NCBI GenBank assembly: GCA_965603825.1
Contig: CBFDEM010000036.1
Span: 372,001-436,000, forward strand
Direction of reading: 5' to 3'
Source of the DNA: Blepharisma stoltei ATCC 30299
Lineage: Eukaryota > Protista > Ciliophora
DNA length: 64,000 bases
Below, piece after piece: positions 1-12,504 of this stretch. Numbering within the stretch: the first letter of the stretch is position 1; each line of letters starts with the position of its first letter. The notes under the pieces were generated by a model. That model saw only the letters and a list, made by a program, of their open reading frames with translations, was not told the DNA's origin and ran no database searches. Made by a program: the position numbers and the translations under genes.

Positions 1-1
1 T

Positions 2-427
2 GCAGTGTCTCCAGCAAGCACTGAAGTTCAAGCACTCTTCGCAGAACTGATCTTCACCGGTCACCTTGTCCTTGTTGTCCTTGTTTCAGCTGAGTTGATG
101 GATTCAGTCATTGCTTCAGGTATGGCAATTGCATTTACAGTACTTGCAGGCATTGCGACAGTCGGAGACATCTCAGGAGGCTGCTTTAACCCAACTGTTT
201 GCATTGCAATTGACGCTGTCAAGGCTATTTTTGCTGACGACGTCTCCAAATTAGATAGTTGGTGGGTCTATATTGCTGGTCCATTCCTTGGCTGCGCTTT
301 GGGAACTGTGATCGCATGCACTTTCTTAAGAGAAAAGATCCAAATCAACAAGAAGAAAAAGATGAAGTGGCATCCTAAAGAATTCGCAATGGGGCTTCTT
401 AAAGACCACATTAAGAGCGACAACTAA
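2..427 (+). CDS. Aquaporin / MIP family channel, 5'-truncated by window edge
   Basis: AELIFT helix, ISGGCFNPT (second NPA box as NPT), WVYIAGPFLG; ends in TAA. Confidence 0.85.
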   Translation, partial: AVSPASTEVQALFAELIFTGHLVLVVLVSAELMDSVIASGMAIAFTVLAGIATVGDISGGCFNPTVCIAIDAVKAIFADDVSKLDSWWVYIAGPFLGCALGTVIACTFLREKIQINKKKKMKWHPKEFAMGLLKDHIKSDN

Positions 428-721
428 TTAACTTAAGTTATTAGACTTAGACTAAGAGAATCGCTTTTCATTGAAATATATGTGAACATAAGTTTTATCA
501 TTATCTCATTACAGACCTGTAAATTGCTGATTTATCGATGAGCTTTCAGTTTTCTAATTTAATCATTTATAATCAATGCAAACTTATCTAATAGTTAGCT
601 TATATGCAATAAAATATAATGGCTCTTGGCTAAAATGAAGCTTCTGCTGTTACGTATTTTCTTTATAATTACAAAACCAAGGGACTTTGAAAATAATAAA
701 ATCCCATAATAAAATTATAAG

Positions 722-1390
722 ATGGAAAGAATGCGTGGAGTTGTAGTCAAAAAGCCAATTGTATACGGCTCAATGAGTTTTTACCAAGGAAAGAAAGCAG
801 ACGAGCATAATTCCCACAAGTGGGCTTGCTTTGTAACTGGAGTAAACGGAGAAGACGTCTCAACATTTATCAAGAAAGTGGTATTTCAACTGCATCCTAG
901 CTTTCAAAATCCTTCACGTGTATTTGATCGGCCACCATACGAAGTGCATGAGTCAGGCTGGGGTGAATTTGAAATAATGATTCAAATCCACTTCCATGAT
1001 CCCCGAGAAAAAAGAATCGATATATTCCACATGCTACAACTATACCCAAAGCAGCCAGGTGTCTCTCAGTCGACCAAAAAACCAGTGATCAATGACCATT
1101 ATGACGAAATCATTTTTCAAGATCCGTTCCCAGACTTTTACCAAAGATTAACTGCAGGGACTGGGATCGCGCCAGATCAGGATCTATTAAACAACCCATT
1201 TCATTTAGAAATAATGCAGCATTTCCAAACCCACAACGATTCTGCAGTTTTAAGACAGCTAGAAGACGCTTATTCGTACATTAAGCAAGAAGCTGAGGAA
1301 ATGAGAGAAAAACTTAAAAAGCTAGAATCAGAAACACAGACACTAAGACAAGAATTAAGGGAAGAAGAGAAGAAGCTAAGAGATGGGTAA
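722..1390 (+). CDS. YAF9: YEATS-domain protein (Yaf9/GAS41-like)
   Basis: HKW..FV, FIKKVVFQLHPSF.NP.R...PPYEVHESGWGEF, C-terminal coiled coil. Confidence 0.92.
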   Translation: MERMRGVVVKKPIVYGSMSFYQGKKADEHNSHKWACFVTGVNGEDVSTFIKKVVFQLHPSFQNPSRVFDRPPYEVHESGWGEFEIMIQIHFHDPREKRIDIFHMLQLYPKQPGVSQSTKKPVINDHYDEIIFQDPFPDFYQRLTAGTGIAPDQDLLNNPFHLEIMQHFQTHNDSAVLRQLEDAYSYIKQEAEEMREKLKKLESETQTLRQELREEEKKLRDG

Positions 1391-1412
1391 TCTCTGCTAA
1401 TTTTAATTAAAT

Positions 1413-2492
1413 ATGGGAAGCAGCTCATCGAAAAAGCTGTCAGCGAAGCTGAAATCTCCTGACACAATAGATGAAATGAAGAATAGCCCAAGGCTTCAAA
1501 GACTGATGTCAAGAAAACAGCCTAAAGGTAGGTTGGCCAGCCTTTATGATGAAGCAATCACTCCACCTGCGTCTCCGAGGGAAAATCAAAAGGCAGAAAT
1601 TCAAAAAGAGATACAGAATGCTATAGAAAAGAGACAAAGAATGAATTCTTTAAATGTAAATTTTAAGGCGCTTGCCTTAATAAAGGAGGAGGTCCCTAAA
1701 ATTGACGTAAATAAGGGACAAAGCTATTTAAAAAAGCAAAGGCATAGGTCAGAGTTTGAATTTAAAGCTCCTGCGGCCCCTGTAATTATGAAACATAAGA
1801 AGTCTCAATCAATTCCTGATGAGATCGGAAAGCAGTTTAAGACTTATGATGTGGGTGAGCATGATTGATTTCTCGAAACGGAAAATATTTTTGAAGCGAA
1901 AACAACAAGGAAAGAGTCGATAAACTCCCAAAAAACGATCACATTTAATCTGAAATTCAGCAAAAGTACAAAAAATGAAGAGCCTTTAAAGATTGGGATA
2001 AAAACAGAGAAATCTCCCCAGATACCTGATTTTTTGCCAAGAAGAAGATCATCTAATATCGATTTCAATCCTTTGTCTCCAAAAGGAAGCGATGTGAAGT
2101 ATGAAATCCTTAATGACAAATTTATTAAAAATAAATACAGTGCAATTTCTGTCACCAAATTTATTCATCAAGATAGTGAGCAAAAAGAAATTGTTCAAAC
2201 AAAAACTAAAAGAAGAACTTTGCCGCATGCAAATCCTTCGTATACTCCTTTTTCTGCAAAAGACGTAACCACTAAGACACCAATAACAGAAACTACTCTG
2301 GAAAGTCCAGCCGAAGTCCAGCGCAGAAAAATTCGATTAAGAACTAGAGTTCCAACTCAATTTAATAAACCGTTCACTCCAGATAAGTCAATAGCTGTGA
2401 AATCTCCAAAAGAGCAAATTGCGTGGAAAGGCCAGCATGGCAAACTTAATCGGTGATTTATTAATTATTTTATAATAGAAATAAAATTATAA
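1413..2492 (+). CDS. Hypothetical low-complexity protein, possible N-myristoylation (MGSSSS)
   Basis: ORFs 1413-1868 and 2034-2456 share a frame and join through TGA 1866-1868; after TGA 2454-2456 the first TAA is 2490-2492, so the exact 3' end is uncertain. Confidence 0.65.
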
Positions 2493-3157
2493 TATTTAAA
2501 TTAATTTTCTATAAAAAAAACTTTTGGGTGAATATTTAAATTTATAAGTAATTAGGAATTAAGTGAGCTAAGGGTTGCTGTCCTTTAATGCATGCTTCTA
2601 AGAGCCAATCCAAGCTGATGGTCTTCCTTCTATCATGGGGTGCCATGGACTTGAGCTTTATATTTCAGAACCATGCTAAATAATATCTAAATTCATAAGT
2701 TCATTTAAGATTTATTTACTATCATCGAAACTACTTTATCAAATATAATTTATTGCTAAATTATATGGATCCTTTCAATATTTCAAATTACCAACTCTCT
2801 ATTTTTCATGCTAGCAAGAAGCCTTTTATTGAATTTTTATATGTATAATTTCACATCTTTAATATTATCTAAAATTTAACCTTTCAATAGATGAGAAAAA
2901 AAACACTTTCTTATTAATGAAGGAGAAGCTAATTGTTTACAAATTCTTCATAATTATAATCGTGCTAAGGCAGTATTATTTCAAAAAGCTCAAAATTTTA
3001 TACCAATTTTAGTCTAATAAATTATTTCTATCAAAACGGATATATATAACTAAAACCTTCTTTAATTTTTTACTTAGGAAATTAAATTTCATTACAGTTT
3101 GCATCCTAAAAAACGTATAATGTAAAATTAAATATTGACTGCTCCAAGAGCTTCAAA

Positions 3158-4606
3158 ATGCGAGACGAAAAACCTTTACTCCCTAGCCCTTCCAAAACAC
3201 AAATTGGCCTGGTTTATTTTTTGATTTTTACAATTGAATTTGGTATTCCCTAATCAGAATATGCACTAGAATATGTATTTATTAACCCTTTTTTTAATCG
3301 GCACAATTGCTCGGTTATTTTTCTTTCGACGATTTGGCTATTTCCTTCAATACTCACTTTGATTTCTCAGCCAATTTGGCACAAATACGTCTACTCGGAT
3401 TATTCGACAATTAACTCAAAAAAGAAGCTATTGATTTACTTATTATGCTCTACAACAATACTAGGAATCATCACTTTAATTTCATCAAGTTCAATCGCTG
3501 AGCTATGCTTTCGTGCATCTATTGATGCCAGTGAGAAAGCAAGAAATGCGTCTATTATTCTAGGATTTATAGGATTTATGCTAATTAGTGCAAGCCACAA
3601 CATACTTTTGGAGATTTCACTAGGCTTTAGTGAAGATGAAATAGATAGCTCTTATACAGTTTGCGGGTGCTTTGGAAGAATGGCTGGATTCTTTATTGCT
3701 TCGATCGACTGTTTTGAAATTTATTCATTTTATATGCATTACAACGTAGGGGATAACATAACTTTTTCATTTCTGGCTGTTTCTTTGCTTTATGTTTTGA
3801 CGATGTGCATTGCAGTGCCGTACATTTCGTTCAGAGCCAAGATTGATTCGGCATCAATTTCATACCCCTCAGCTAGCAGTCTGGTTTCTTTACCTTGAAA
3901 AATGAAATTATTAATGCTTACTTATTTTTTGACCTTAGGAAGCAATTTATTGATATCAATTTATGCGACTTCGTGGGTATCAATGGCAATTTGGGATGAA
4001 AATTATATAAAAGAAGACCAGAGAAGATACAATATGGGACTATCATGGGGAGCCTTTACGCTGTTGATATCTTGCTTAGTAACCATTGTAGTAATTTATG
4101 TTATCCCTCTGATAAGAAAATACCAAATTTTGAGAGATTCTTACATTTTAGGCTTAACCCACCTAATTTGTGCAATTGCTTTAATTACTACACACGAAGT
4201 GGGGAATTTCCAATCAATTTTTATAATTATTCCGATTTGTGGATTTTCGTTTGGAGCAAATATTGTGCTGCCTCAGCATTTATTTTCTGAAATGCAATCT
4301 AACTACTTCAAGCAGTGTGATAAATTGCCTTATTTGCATAGAAGGTCTGAATGCTCTGAGCCTAAAGAGCTTTCAGCTTCTAAATCAAGGCTCTTCGATA
4401 CTATTTCTAACAATGATATCCATCAGATAGGAAAAAATGATTGAAAAGTGCTGCTTAATATGACAAGTCTGATTTCTCAAATCGTTATGTTCGGATTTAT
4501 CCCAGCTCTTATTGCACTCTTTATCGGAGGGGACTACATTAAATGGGGCATGACAACTGCTGGAATTTCAGCACTGGCAGGATCTGTCCTATCATTTGCT
4601 TTATAA
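3158..4606 (+). CDS. MFS sugar transporter, SLC45/sucrose-transporter-like
   Basis: After removing intron 3243-3257 reads EFEYALEYVFINP...IWL..LISQP..SD (SLC45/SUT N-terminal pattern); TGA=W at 3896-3898 and 4442-4444; many hydrophobic segments; TAA 4604-4606. Confidence 0.75.
3243..3257 (+). other. 15-nt spliceosomal intron GTATTCCCTAATCAG
   Basis: GT-AG, A at -6, contains the in-frame TAA that otherwise interrupts the transporter ORF. Confidence 0.9.
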
Positions 4607-4690
4607 TTAGATATAATTTAATTAATCAAATAGAATTCATGGACAGTGGAATTATTGAAATGGTGCATGAAACGCCATTTCAATATATAT

Positions 4691-5326
4691 ATGGAATCAA
4701 GAAAGGCAAACTTAGAACATATCACAAAATTAGACAAACGAAGTGTGTACCCTCCTTCAGTAGACACTTATCTTTTAGCAGATTCCATTGTTAATGATAT
4801 CCAATTTATTCGATCTCTTAACCCTGCAATCATTCTAGAAGTTGGGGTCGGATGCGGGGCAGTTCTCGCGTCTGTTGGGATCAACCTAGGAGAAGCTTAT
4901 TATTTAGGAGTTGACATTAACCCGAAATCAGCCGAATTAGCCAAAACCACGCTTGAAATCAATAATGTACAGATTTCAGAATTTATTGCAATAGATATCT
5001 TTAAAGGAATGAATCTATCAAATAAAGTTGATGTGATTGTGTGCAACCCTCCTTATGTTGCTACAAGTGCTGAGGAGTATCAAGAATGCCAAGCAAGAAT
5101 GGATATAAGCAGCAGCTTTTCTGGAGGAGTTGATGGAAGAGAATTTATTGATAAATTGCTTGAGCTTGCTTCTGATTATTTAAGTGAAAAAGGGGTTATG
5201 TATATGATATGTGAGATTCATAATGGATATATTGATGGAACCAAGGTATCAGAGGAAAGAAAAGGGTGTGAAGGGGTTATGGTATTAAAGAGGACAAAAT
5301 TTTCAGAAATCAGACGAATAAATTAA
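4691..5326 (+). CDS. N6AMT1: HemK2/N6AMT1 (Mtq2-like) eRF1 glutamine methyltransferase
   Basis: VYPPSVDTYLL, LEVGVGCG, DINP, NPPYV, GG.DGREFID motifs. Confidence 0.88.
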   Translation: MESRKANLEHITKLDKRSVYPPSVDTYLLADSIVNDIQFIRSLNPAIILEVGVGCGAVLASVGINLGEAYYLGVDINPKSAELAKTTLEINNVQISEFIAIDIFKGMNLSNKVDVIVCNPPYVATSAEEYQECQARMDISSSFSGGVDGREFIDKLLELASDYLSEKGVMYMICEIHNGYIDGTKVSEERKGCEGVMVLKRTKFSEIRRIN

Positions 5327-5466
5327 CTTTGCCAAGTCAAAAATAATTTTATCTTTAAGTTTTGTGATGATTGATATAGCGCACCCCTCATGGTTGCTCG
5401 CCATTAAGTATTCACTTCTGAATAATTTTAAATTTATTTTAATTGAAAATTGTCCAAACATTAAAA

Positions 5467-7614
5467 ATGAGAAAAACTTGTAGAATGTGTGCCCAGCAAT
5501 ATCGTGATGAAGAGCTTCATAAAAGATTTTGCAAAAGACCATTATTTGCAGGGTTCACAAATAATGGAGCAAATAACTGCTTTTTAAATAGTGCTTTACA
5601 AATTTTATATAACATAAAGACTTTTCGAGATTCAGTGAACCAATGAAATGAAAAATTGGCTCATTCACCAAGTGAAGATTGCGTCACATGCTCAGTAAAA
5701 TCAATTTTCCATCAGTATGCTAATATTGAAGCACAAAATCCAGTTTTAGATGCATCCTCATTGAGGTCTCAGTTATCAACTGTCTACTCCAAGCAAAACA
5801 AATTTCAACTTAACGACAAAGCTGATGCAATGGAAGCTTTGATTGCAATTTTAAATGCTTTTCACTGTAGCGAAATAGGAAATGATTCACAAGGAGTAGA
5901 CGAAAAAACATGCTCTTTATCTTGCAGGCATCAATGCCCTTCCCACATAGCCTTTAATTTAGAAGTTCTTGAGCAACTCCAATGCATTTGTGGATCGACT
6001 TCAGAAGCTACTCCATGAGATATCTCAACCTACATGCAAACATTCTATGCACAAGATTTATTAAAAAAATCAAGAACTAACTCTCATAATCTGAAAAGAA
6101 TTTCATATTCATCAATTGCCCTTTATAAAGATGAATCATCAGTGTTACCTTTTCTTAAAAAATTTGCAATGAACCTAAATGACGTTTTATTCAACTCTCA
6201 ACTTGATCTTTGTGCAAATGACTCAGAAAATTGCATTTATAAAAAATCCAAAAGGAAAATATATGCAGTAGACTATCCAAGGGTTTATATGGTTAACATA
6301 GCGTGACATGAGCTTATTCCTAGACGCAATGATACCTTGAAATTGATTGCATCTCTTCCTGATAAGCTAAATCTAAAAGAGATTTATGGAGATTTTCACA
6401 GTCCTGATACAAGCCATTATTTGCGTGGGTTTATTTTATATGGATTAGGGCACTATATTGCTTGCCTTTTAAACCTAGAAGATCTAAAGTGGTACAAGTT
6501 TGACGACACTGTAACTGAAAAAATAAAAGACGGAGGGAAATATGACATGGTTTCTTATATCATTAAAAGAGGAATGCACCCTGTTGGAGTATTCTACGAA
6601 AGACTAGAAAAAGATCATAGAATTCCAGAGTTAAGTGAAAGCGAGTGGCTGGCATTTGAAAAATGAACATTGATGATTGATGAAGACAACGAAGAAGTGA
6701 GACAAATGACAGAACAAATTTTAAAGCAGGCACAAAGCTTGAGGATTCATGGGATTGATAAAAATGATCTGCCTGGCAATGAAGGAAACAGCTCTAATAA
6801 AGATAAAGAAAAGGTGAGAGAAGAGGATTCGAGATCTCAAAGCCAAGAAACAATAACTTGGGAGTGCGCATGTGGTTCGAAAAATCCAGAAACATTTCTG
6901 ATTTGCAAATCATGCTCCTCACCAAAGCTTGGGCTTAAAGGGTGAGTATGCAAGAGCTGCACATTTTTAAATCAGATTTATGAGTCCAATTGTGAAGCTT
7001 GCTCAGAAGCTAGAGAAGAAACTAAAACAAAAACATCTAGTAATATGGCTTCAGAGTCGAGCTCTTCCAATAGAGAGGCTATAACTAAATCTTCATGAAA
7101 ATGCATATGTGGAAATGAAAATTATTTATCGCATTGCTGGAAATGCGGGGAAAATCGAGTTTCATATGAATTGTGCTCTATTTGCAAAAGTATTATAGTT
7201 TCGGATTTCTACTGTAAAAATTGTGACTTAAAATTAAGCTCAAAGCAATGCTATAGATGCACGGGCCCAAATGAAATCATTTGCAGGTCATGCTTCCAAA
7301 GTAGCTGGAAATGCCCAATCTGCAATGCAAGAACCTTTGAAAGTTTAAGCATCTGTTCTATGTGTGGACACAATAAAATAAGTCAGCGAACTGATTCCAC
7401 ACTTTCATCATTGCCTTTATCATCTAAAATTTCAAGTCTAGGCATAAGAGATTCATATAGCAACTCAGCAGGGTATGACTGAGAAGCTCAATATTCTAGA
7501 TCTCCAATTAGAAAATCTTTGCCTGGATACAGTGTTTCAAACAGAAGAGATCGTTACACGTTGGATGCATCGAGTTTAAAACCTGCTGGATCAAGCTATT
7601 ATTATCATAAATAA
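5467..7614 (+). CDS. USP-family deubiquitinase (USP53/54-like catalytic domain) with C-terminal RanBP2/NZF and Cys-rich zinc fingers
   Basis: Cys box NNCFLNSALQ, His box GHY...WYKFDD; seven in-frame TGA read as W, including W-x-C-x2-C finger starts (6943-6945, 7096-7098); TAA 7612-7614. Confidence 0.85.
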
Positions 7615-8099
7615 AAGGATGTAATCAATATAATATTTTTACAATGAAACATAGTTCGTTTTTAAATCATCAAATTTGATTCGGCTTGAATCAGGTGCTA
7701 CTTTTGAAACACTTATCAATGTCTTCATTTAAATAAAAATTCATGGTCTCAGAAATTAATAGGTCATTATATAAACTGATGACAAAATTCCAAAATAATT
7801 TCTAAAGGTATAGTAAAACTCTGAAAATCAAGCGATCTTCAATATCAAAATATAAAATTTGATATAGATATTAATTCATGCAATGCTGATAATCAGTAAA
7901 TGCTATTTCCTGTGTTAGCTCTCAAAATTAAGCAATCACTTGAAACTAATAAAAGATCAATAACAAATAAATATTTATATATTCAATGATTTATAGTGTA
8001 AATTGCAATTCTTCTTTGATATTCATAAAGCTAAGTGTAAAAATTTATGAAATTTATCAGAAGTTGAAAAAAATTAATATTATTTTATATAATTTATAA

Positions 8100-9395
8100 A
8101 TGCAAGATCAAAGCGATGAAATTTTTTACGATCCCTGCGAAAATATGCAGGAATTATCAAGCCAATACCAGACAATAACAGCACAATCATGCGAAACTTT
8201 TTATGCACCACCACCTGCAAGCAATTGCCCTTCAACTCCTGAATTAACCTTAAAAAACAGTCATTTTATAACAAAAACTGAAATTATTTCAGCAAATTTT
8301 GAAATTATTAATAGAAGCAAAACAATCTCATCCAGGCCAAAAGAACTATGCCAATTTACCAGTCTCCGATTAGTTCAGGAAATAGACCTAATTGATAAGC
8401 ACGAAAATGGCACTTGGATTGTTAAATTCTGTCCAGAAAGAAAAGCAGTTGCAGTTGGAGGACAAACAGGAGTGATTTGTATATACGAAATTGTAAACAC
8501 AAGAAAAATGCTGCTAAATGAAACTTCTAAAAGAGTATTTACAGAACATGAAGGAATGATTACTGATATTGACTGAAATCAAGATGGGTATATTTTCACA
8601 TCATCTTTAGATTGCACTGTTAAAGTATGAAGAAAAAGCCAGGAAAGATCGATGCTTACAATAAAACACACATCTAGAGTCAATGCCGTTTGCTCCAACC
8701 CAGCATGCCCAAGCGTTTTCGTCACAGCCTCAGGAGACTCAATTATAAGACTCTTTAGATTTCCAAATCCAAATCCAGAAAGTCTATATAAAGCTCCTAA
8801 AGAAGTAACAGCTCTTGCTTATTCTCCAAGCGGAGAATTTTTAGCAGCTGGGCTTAGAAAAGGAGAAGTGATTATTTATAAGTCACTTCCTGGGTCATAT
8901 AGGCTAAGATTGAAATATAATTTAAAATGCAGAAATCGCTTTGGTCTAAAGAGAGGAGGCAGAAATGTGACTAGCTTGGAATTTATGGATGAACACTATC
9001 TTTTGGTAAGCACAAATGACTCTAGAATCAGACTGTATAATTTCAAAGACAACCAACTAGTGCAAAAATATAAAGGACATGCTAATAGCCACTATCCTAT
9101 TAAAGCAGGCTTTTCGCAGCATAAAGCCCATGTCATATGTGGATCAGAAAGAGGCAGTTTCTTTATATGGAATACTTTTAAAGAAACTGAAGGTGAAAGT
9201 CTTGAAAAAAACGATGAGTTCGAAGCTTTTGACGCTAGAAATAATAAAGGAGTAGAATTCGCTTGCTTTGCTCCTGATAAAGTAGTAGAATCTGTTGCTG
9301 AAAGCTATAGAAATAGAGAATTAGGCGAAGTGACTCATATTATTTTATCGGCTGGATCGTTTGGTACGTTGAGAATCTTTTACAACGTTACTTAG
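8100..9395 (+). CDS. WD40-repeat protein, WDR44-like
   Basis: EH..ITDIDW(TGA 8574-8576), SSLDCTVKVW(TGA 8628-8630), LLVSTNDSRIRLY, KYKGH.N. Confidence 0.85.
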
Positions 9396-9434
9396 TATGC
9401 AAATAGTATAATCTTAATTAAATTTAATATACAG

Positions 9435-9944
9435 CTAAAAAGTTTTCCTGTTAGACTTCTTCACTTGATAAACTGGCTTTCTAAGAAATAATCCAGGTAA
9501 AGCATAATGCTGAAATATTTTTTTAAACGGCGTTTGTTTCTCAAAGAATATTTTGGCCTGATTTACATCAGGAGACTCTGCCTCAGCAACTAAGCTTCCA
9601 TTATTTCTACTTGTTGCGTCTGAACTAGTAAGATCTGATTGCCAAGTTAGGATGGAATTCGACAAATAAGTTTTTTCATGGAAATGATCATATTTGTGAG
9701 GAATTCTTGAATATCCAACAAGAGTATTGTAATGACTGTTTTTGGAACCTTCTAGCAGACTCTCTACACCAATTTTCCGTTTTCAATAGTTTGGAGTCTC
9801 AGACAAAGAATTGCGTTTGCTTGAAAGGTCACCTGAAGTTCGTCTGGGACCTCGCGCGACTGATGACCTTAAAGTTCCTCCTCTCTGCGGAAGTGGAAAA
9901 GGAGGCGAGAATAATTCTGCTTGATGTTTGTGTATTTGATCCAT
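9435..9944 (-). CDS. Hypothetical protein (169 aa)
   Basis: ATG at 9944 after AT-rich spacer, one TGA=W at 9783-9785, continuous into ORF 9435-9665, TAG stop. Confidence 0.65.
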
Positions 9945-9997
9945 TTACTTTTCTTATTAGGCTAAGTTTAAATGCAATTTTCAAAAATTAAAATTTA

Positions 9998-10930
9998 TTA
10001 CCTACTCTTCGCCAAGACAAGAGAGCACTTAGGACATCTGTGTATCCTTAACTTACTTATCCACTCAGGAGCTCTGCAGCATGAAGCGATTGTTGAAAAT
10101 ACTTTTATAAAAGGTCGAGGGATTTTTGCACTAAAATCCAATGAAGTATGCACAACTTCTTTGCAAAAATGACAATAAGCTGTGCAAGGCATATTCCCAA
10201 ATACAGGCAAGCTACCTCTCACAGAAGTCTCATATTGGAATTTTCCCACTTCGAGTTCTATGGACTCACATTTATCTGTATCTGTATGTGTCCGAGTTGT
10301 GCATGTAGTTGTAGCTGTTGGGACTTTCTTATGAAAATTGTTCTTTAACTCCCCTGTTTGTTCTAGAGAGTCAACAAAAGTCCTATCTTTTTCATTTGTC
10401 GTCTCCTCTCCGTGGCCTAAATAAATGACAGAGTCACAATCACTCAGGTTCCTCCCATGATGTGACCCAGTACTCAATGGGCTTAAATTTTTCACGAGAA
10501 ATTTATTTTCATCATTCACTTGCTTTTCTGCATATTTTACTTGCTGTGAAATTTCACTAAAAATCTGTTCATTAGAGACATCCATTGGAACACAAATGCT
10601 GCTGCTCCTCTTGTGTGAATGTTTACGAGTGTAGTTTGGAGGAGGCTGTGGAGATGTTTCTATTGTGTAGTTTAAGAGCTTCCCTGACTTTAAATCCATA
10701 GGAACTTCTTTTATTGGATCTGGATCATTGATGATATCAGCTGGCAAAATTTCATCATCAATGATTTGTGATTGACGGATGTTAGTGTATCGTCGCTGAG
10801 ATATTCGAGATAAAGATTGCTTGTGCTCAGATGAAAAAATTTGCTCACTATTTGCCCTTTGGACTGTTTGCGGAGTCTCTTTGAGGAGATCTTCAAGTTG
10901 TTTTTCTGGAGTCTCGAAATTGGCTTTCAT
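9998..10930 (-). CDS. LITAF-like zinc-ribbon domain protein with disordered N-terminus
   Basis: C-terminal P...CHFC ... hydrophobic/CC segment ... HRCPKC. Confidence 0.8.
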   Translation of the reverse strand: MKANFETPEKQLEDLLKETPQTVQRANSEQIFSSEHKQSLSRISQRRYTNIRQSQIIDDEILPADIINDPDPIKEVPMDLKSGKLLNYTIETSPQPPPNYTRKHSHKRSSSICVPMDVSNEQIFSEISQQVKYAEKQVNDENKFLVKNLSPLSTGSHHGRNLSDCDSVIYLGHGEETTNEKDRTFVDSLEQTGELKNNFHKKVPTATTTCTTRTHTDTDKCESIELEVGKFQYETSVRGSLPVFGNMPCTAYCHFCKEVVHTSLDFSAKIPRPFIKVFSTIASCCRAPEWISKLRIHRCPKCSLVLAKSR

Positions 10931-11214
10931 AAAGCAGTTGATTATTTAAATATGAAAGTGAATTTGAAAATAAAATTTATTGAATTATAGGGAAAATAAT
11001 TCAGTTCATTAAGCAGTGATATGCTCTTATTAAAAGCATTAAAAATTAATTAAAACTGCTTAGCAAAGCTTTTATTAATAATAAAAATTCTAGAAATTAA
11101 AATTAATACACTTTAAGCTTATAATTAATACCATTTAGTGATTTACAAATATTTTAAATATAGAATATTATAAACATAAATTAATTAGTTAGGCTCAATT
11201 AATATATAAATAGA

Positions 11215-12288
11215 ATGGAAGAACCAGTTCCTGCAGGGAAAACAAAATTTACGTCCGGAGGAACGACATTTATAGTTGATGACCGCTATGAATATATCAA
11301 AAAGATAGGGCACGGAGCGTATGGAGTAGTTGTTGCAGCGATAGACCATCAAACTAATACGAAAGTTGGTATCAAAAAGATCCCAAATGCATTTGAAGAC
11401 TTGATTGATGCTAAAAGGATTCTTCGTGAGATTAAGCTTTTAGGCTTCTTCGACCATGAGAATGTGATTAGCTTACTTGATGTGCAGCTTCCTCCAGCTA
11501 GGACAGGCTACAACGATATTTATATCGTAACTGATCTGATGGAGACAGATCTACACCGAGTGATTTACTCCAGACAAGATCTAACTGACGATCATATCCA
11601 ATATTTCATGTATCAACTCTTAAGAGGCGTCCTTTATATACACTCTGCCAATGTAATTCATAGAGACTTGAAACCATCCAACTTACTTCTTAATAAAAAC
11701 TGTGACTTGAAGATCTGCGACCTCGGACTTGCCAGAGGCTATGACAGAGAAACTGAAAACTTAACTGAATATGTGGTAACCAGGTGGTATCGGGCACCTG
11801 AGGTAATTTTGAATTCATCTATGTATACCAAACAAATCGATATATGAAGCTGCGGGTGCATTTTTGCTGAGTTACTTGGCAGAGCCCCGCTATTTCCTGG
11901 TGAAGATTATCTTGACCAGGTACAAAGAGTCATTGGCGTATTAGGAACTCCTAATTCTGAAGACATGAATTTCATTGGAAACCCAGCTGCAAGGAGATTT
12001 ATATCAAAACTCCCGAAAAGAGAAAAAATGAGATGGCAGACTTTGTACCCTAAAGCAAATCCGGTTGCTTTGGAGCTTATCGACAAAATGCTTGTGTTCA
12101 ACCCTGAAAAAAGATGGACTGTTGAGCAGTGCCTCGGCCACCCTTATTTTCAAGATTTGCATAATCCTGAAGAAGAGCCTCTTGCAAGTGAGCCTTTTGA
12201 TTGGAGCTTTGATAATTTCGAACCTACAAGAGATCTACTGACGAACTTTATATATGAAGAAGCTCTGAAATTCCATCCAATAAATTAA
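11215..12288 (+). CDS. Mitogen-activated protein kinase (TEY type)
   Basis: [34 protein letters not shown](TGA 11845-11847)SCGCIFAEL. Confidence 0.96.
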
Positions 12289-12504
12289 ATCATTGCTTGG
12301 ACTATAACTACTTGCTAATAAATTTCTAATTAAGCAAGTCTTTGCATAAATGAGAAATGCCTTGCCATTTCTGAGAGTTTAAATATAAATCTCGGCGTCC
12401 ATCTTTATCCCATCACTCAGATTGGGAAATATTATGACTAATAACTTAAGAAAATTTGATCTCAGAATTTACTGTAAAACATTGATGGACGTCTAATAAT
12501 AAAA

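Noticed and set aside
2545-2680. Slightly GC-richer island in the 2.5-3.1 kb spacer with a short minus-strand frame (MAPHDRRKTISLDWLLEAC...)
   Set aside because: Only about 34 codons, no convincing domain or RNA motif; may be a gene relic but cannot be supported
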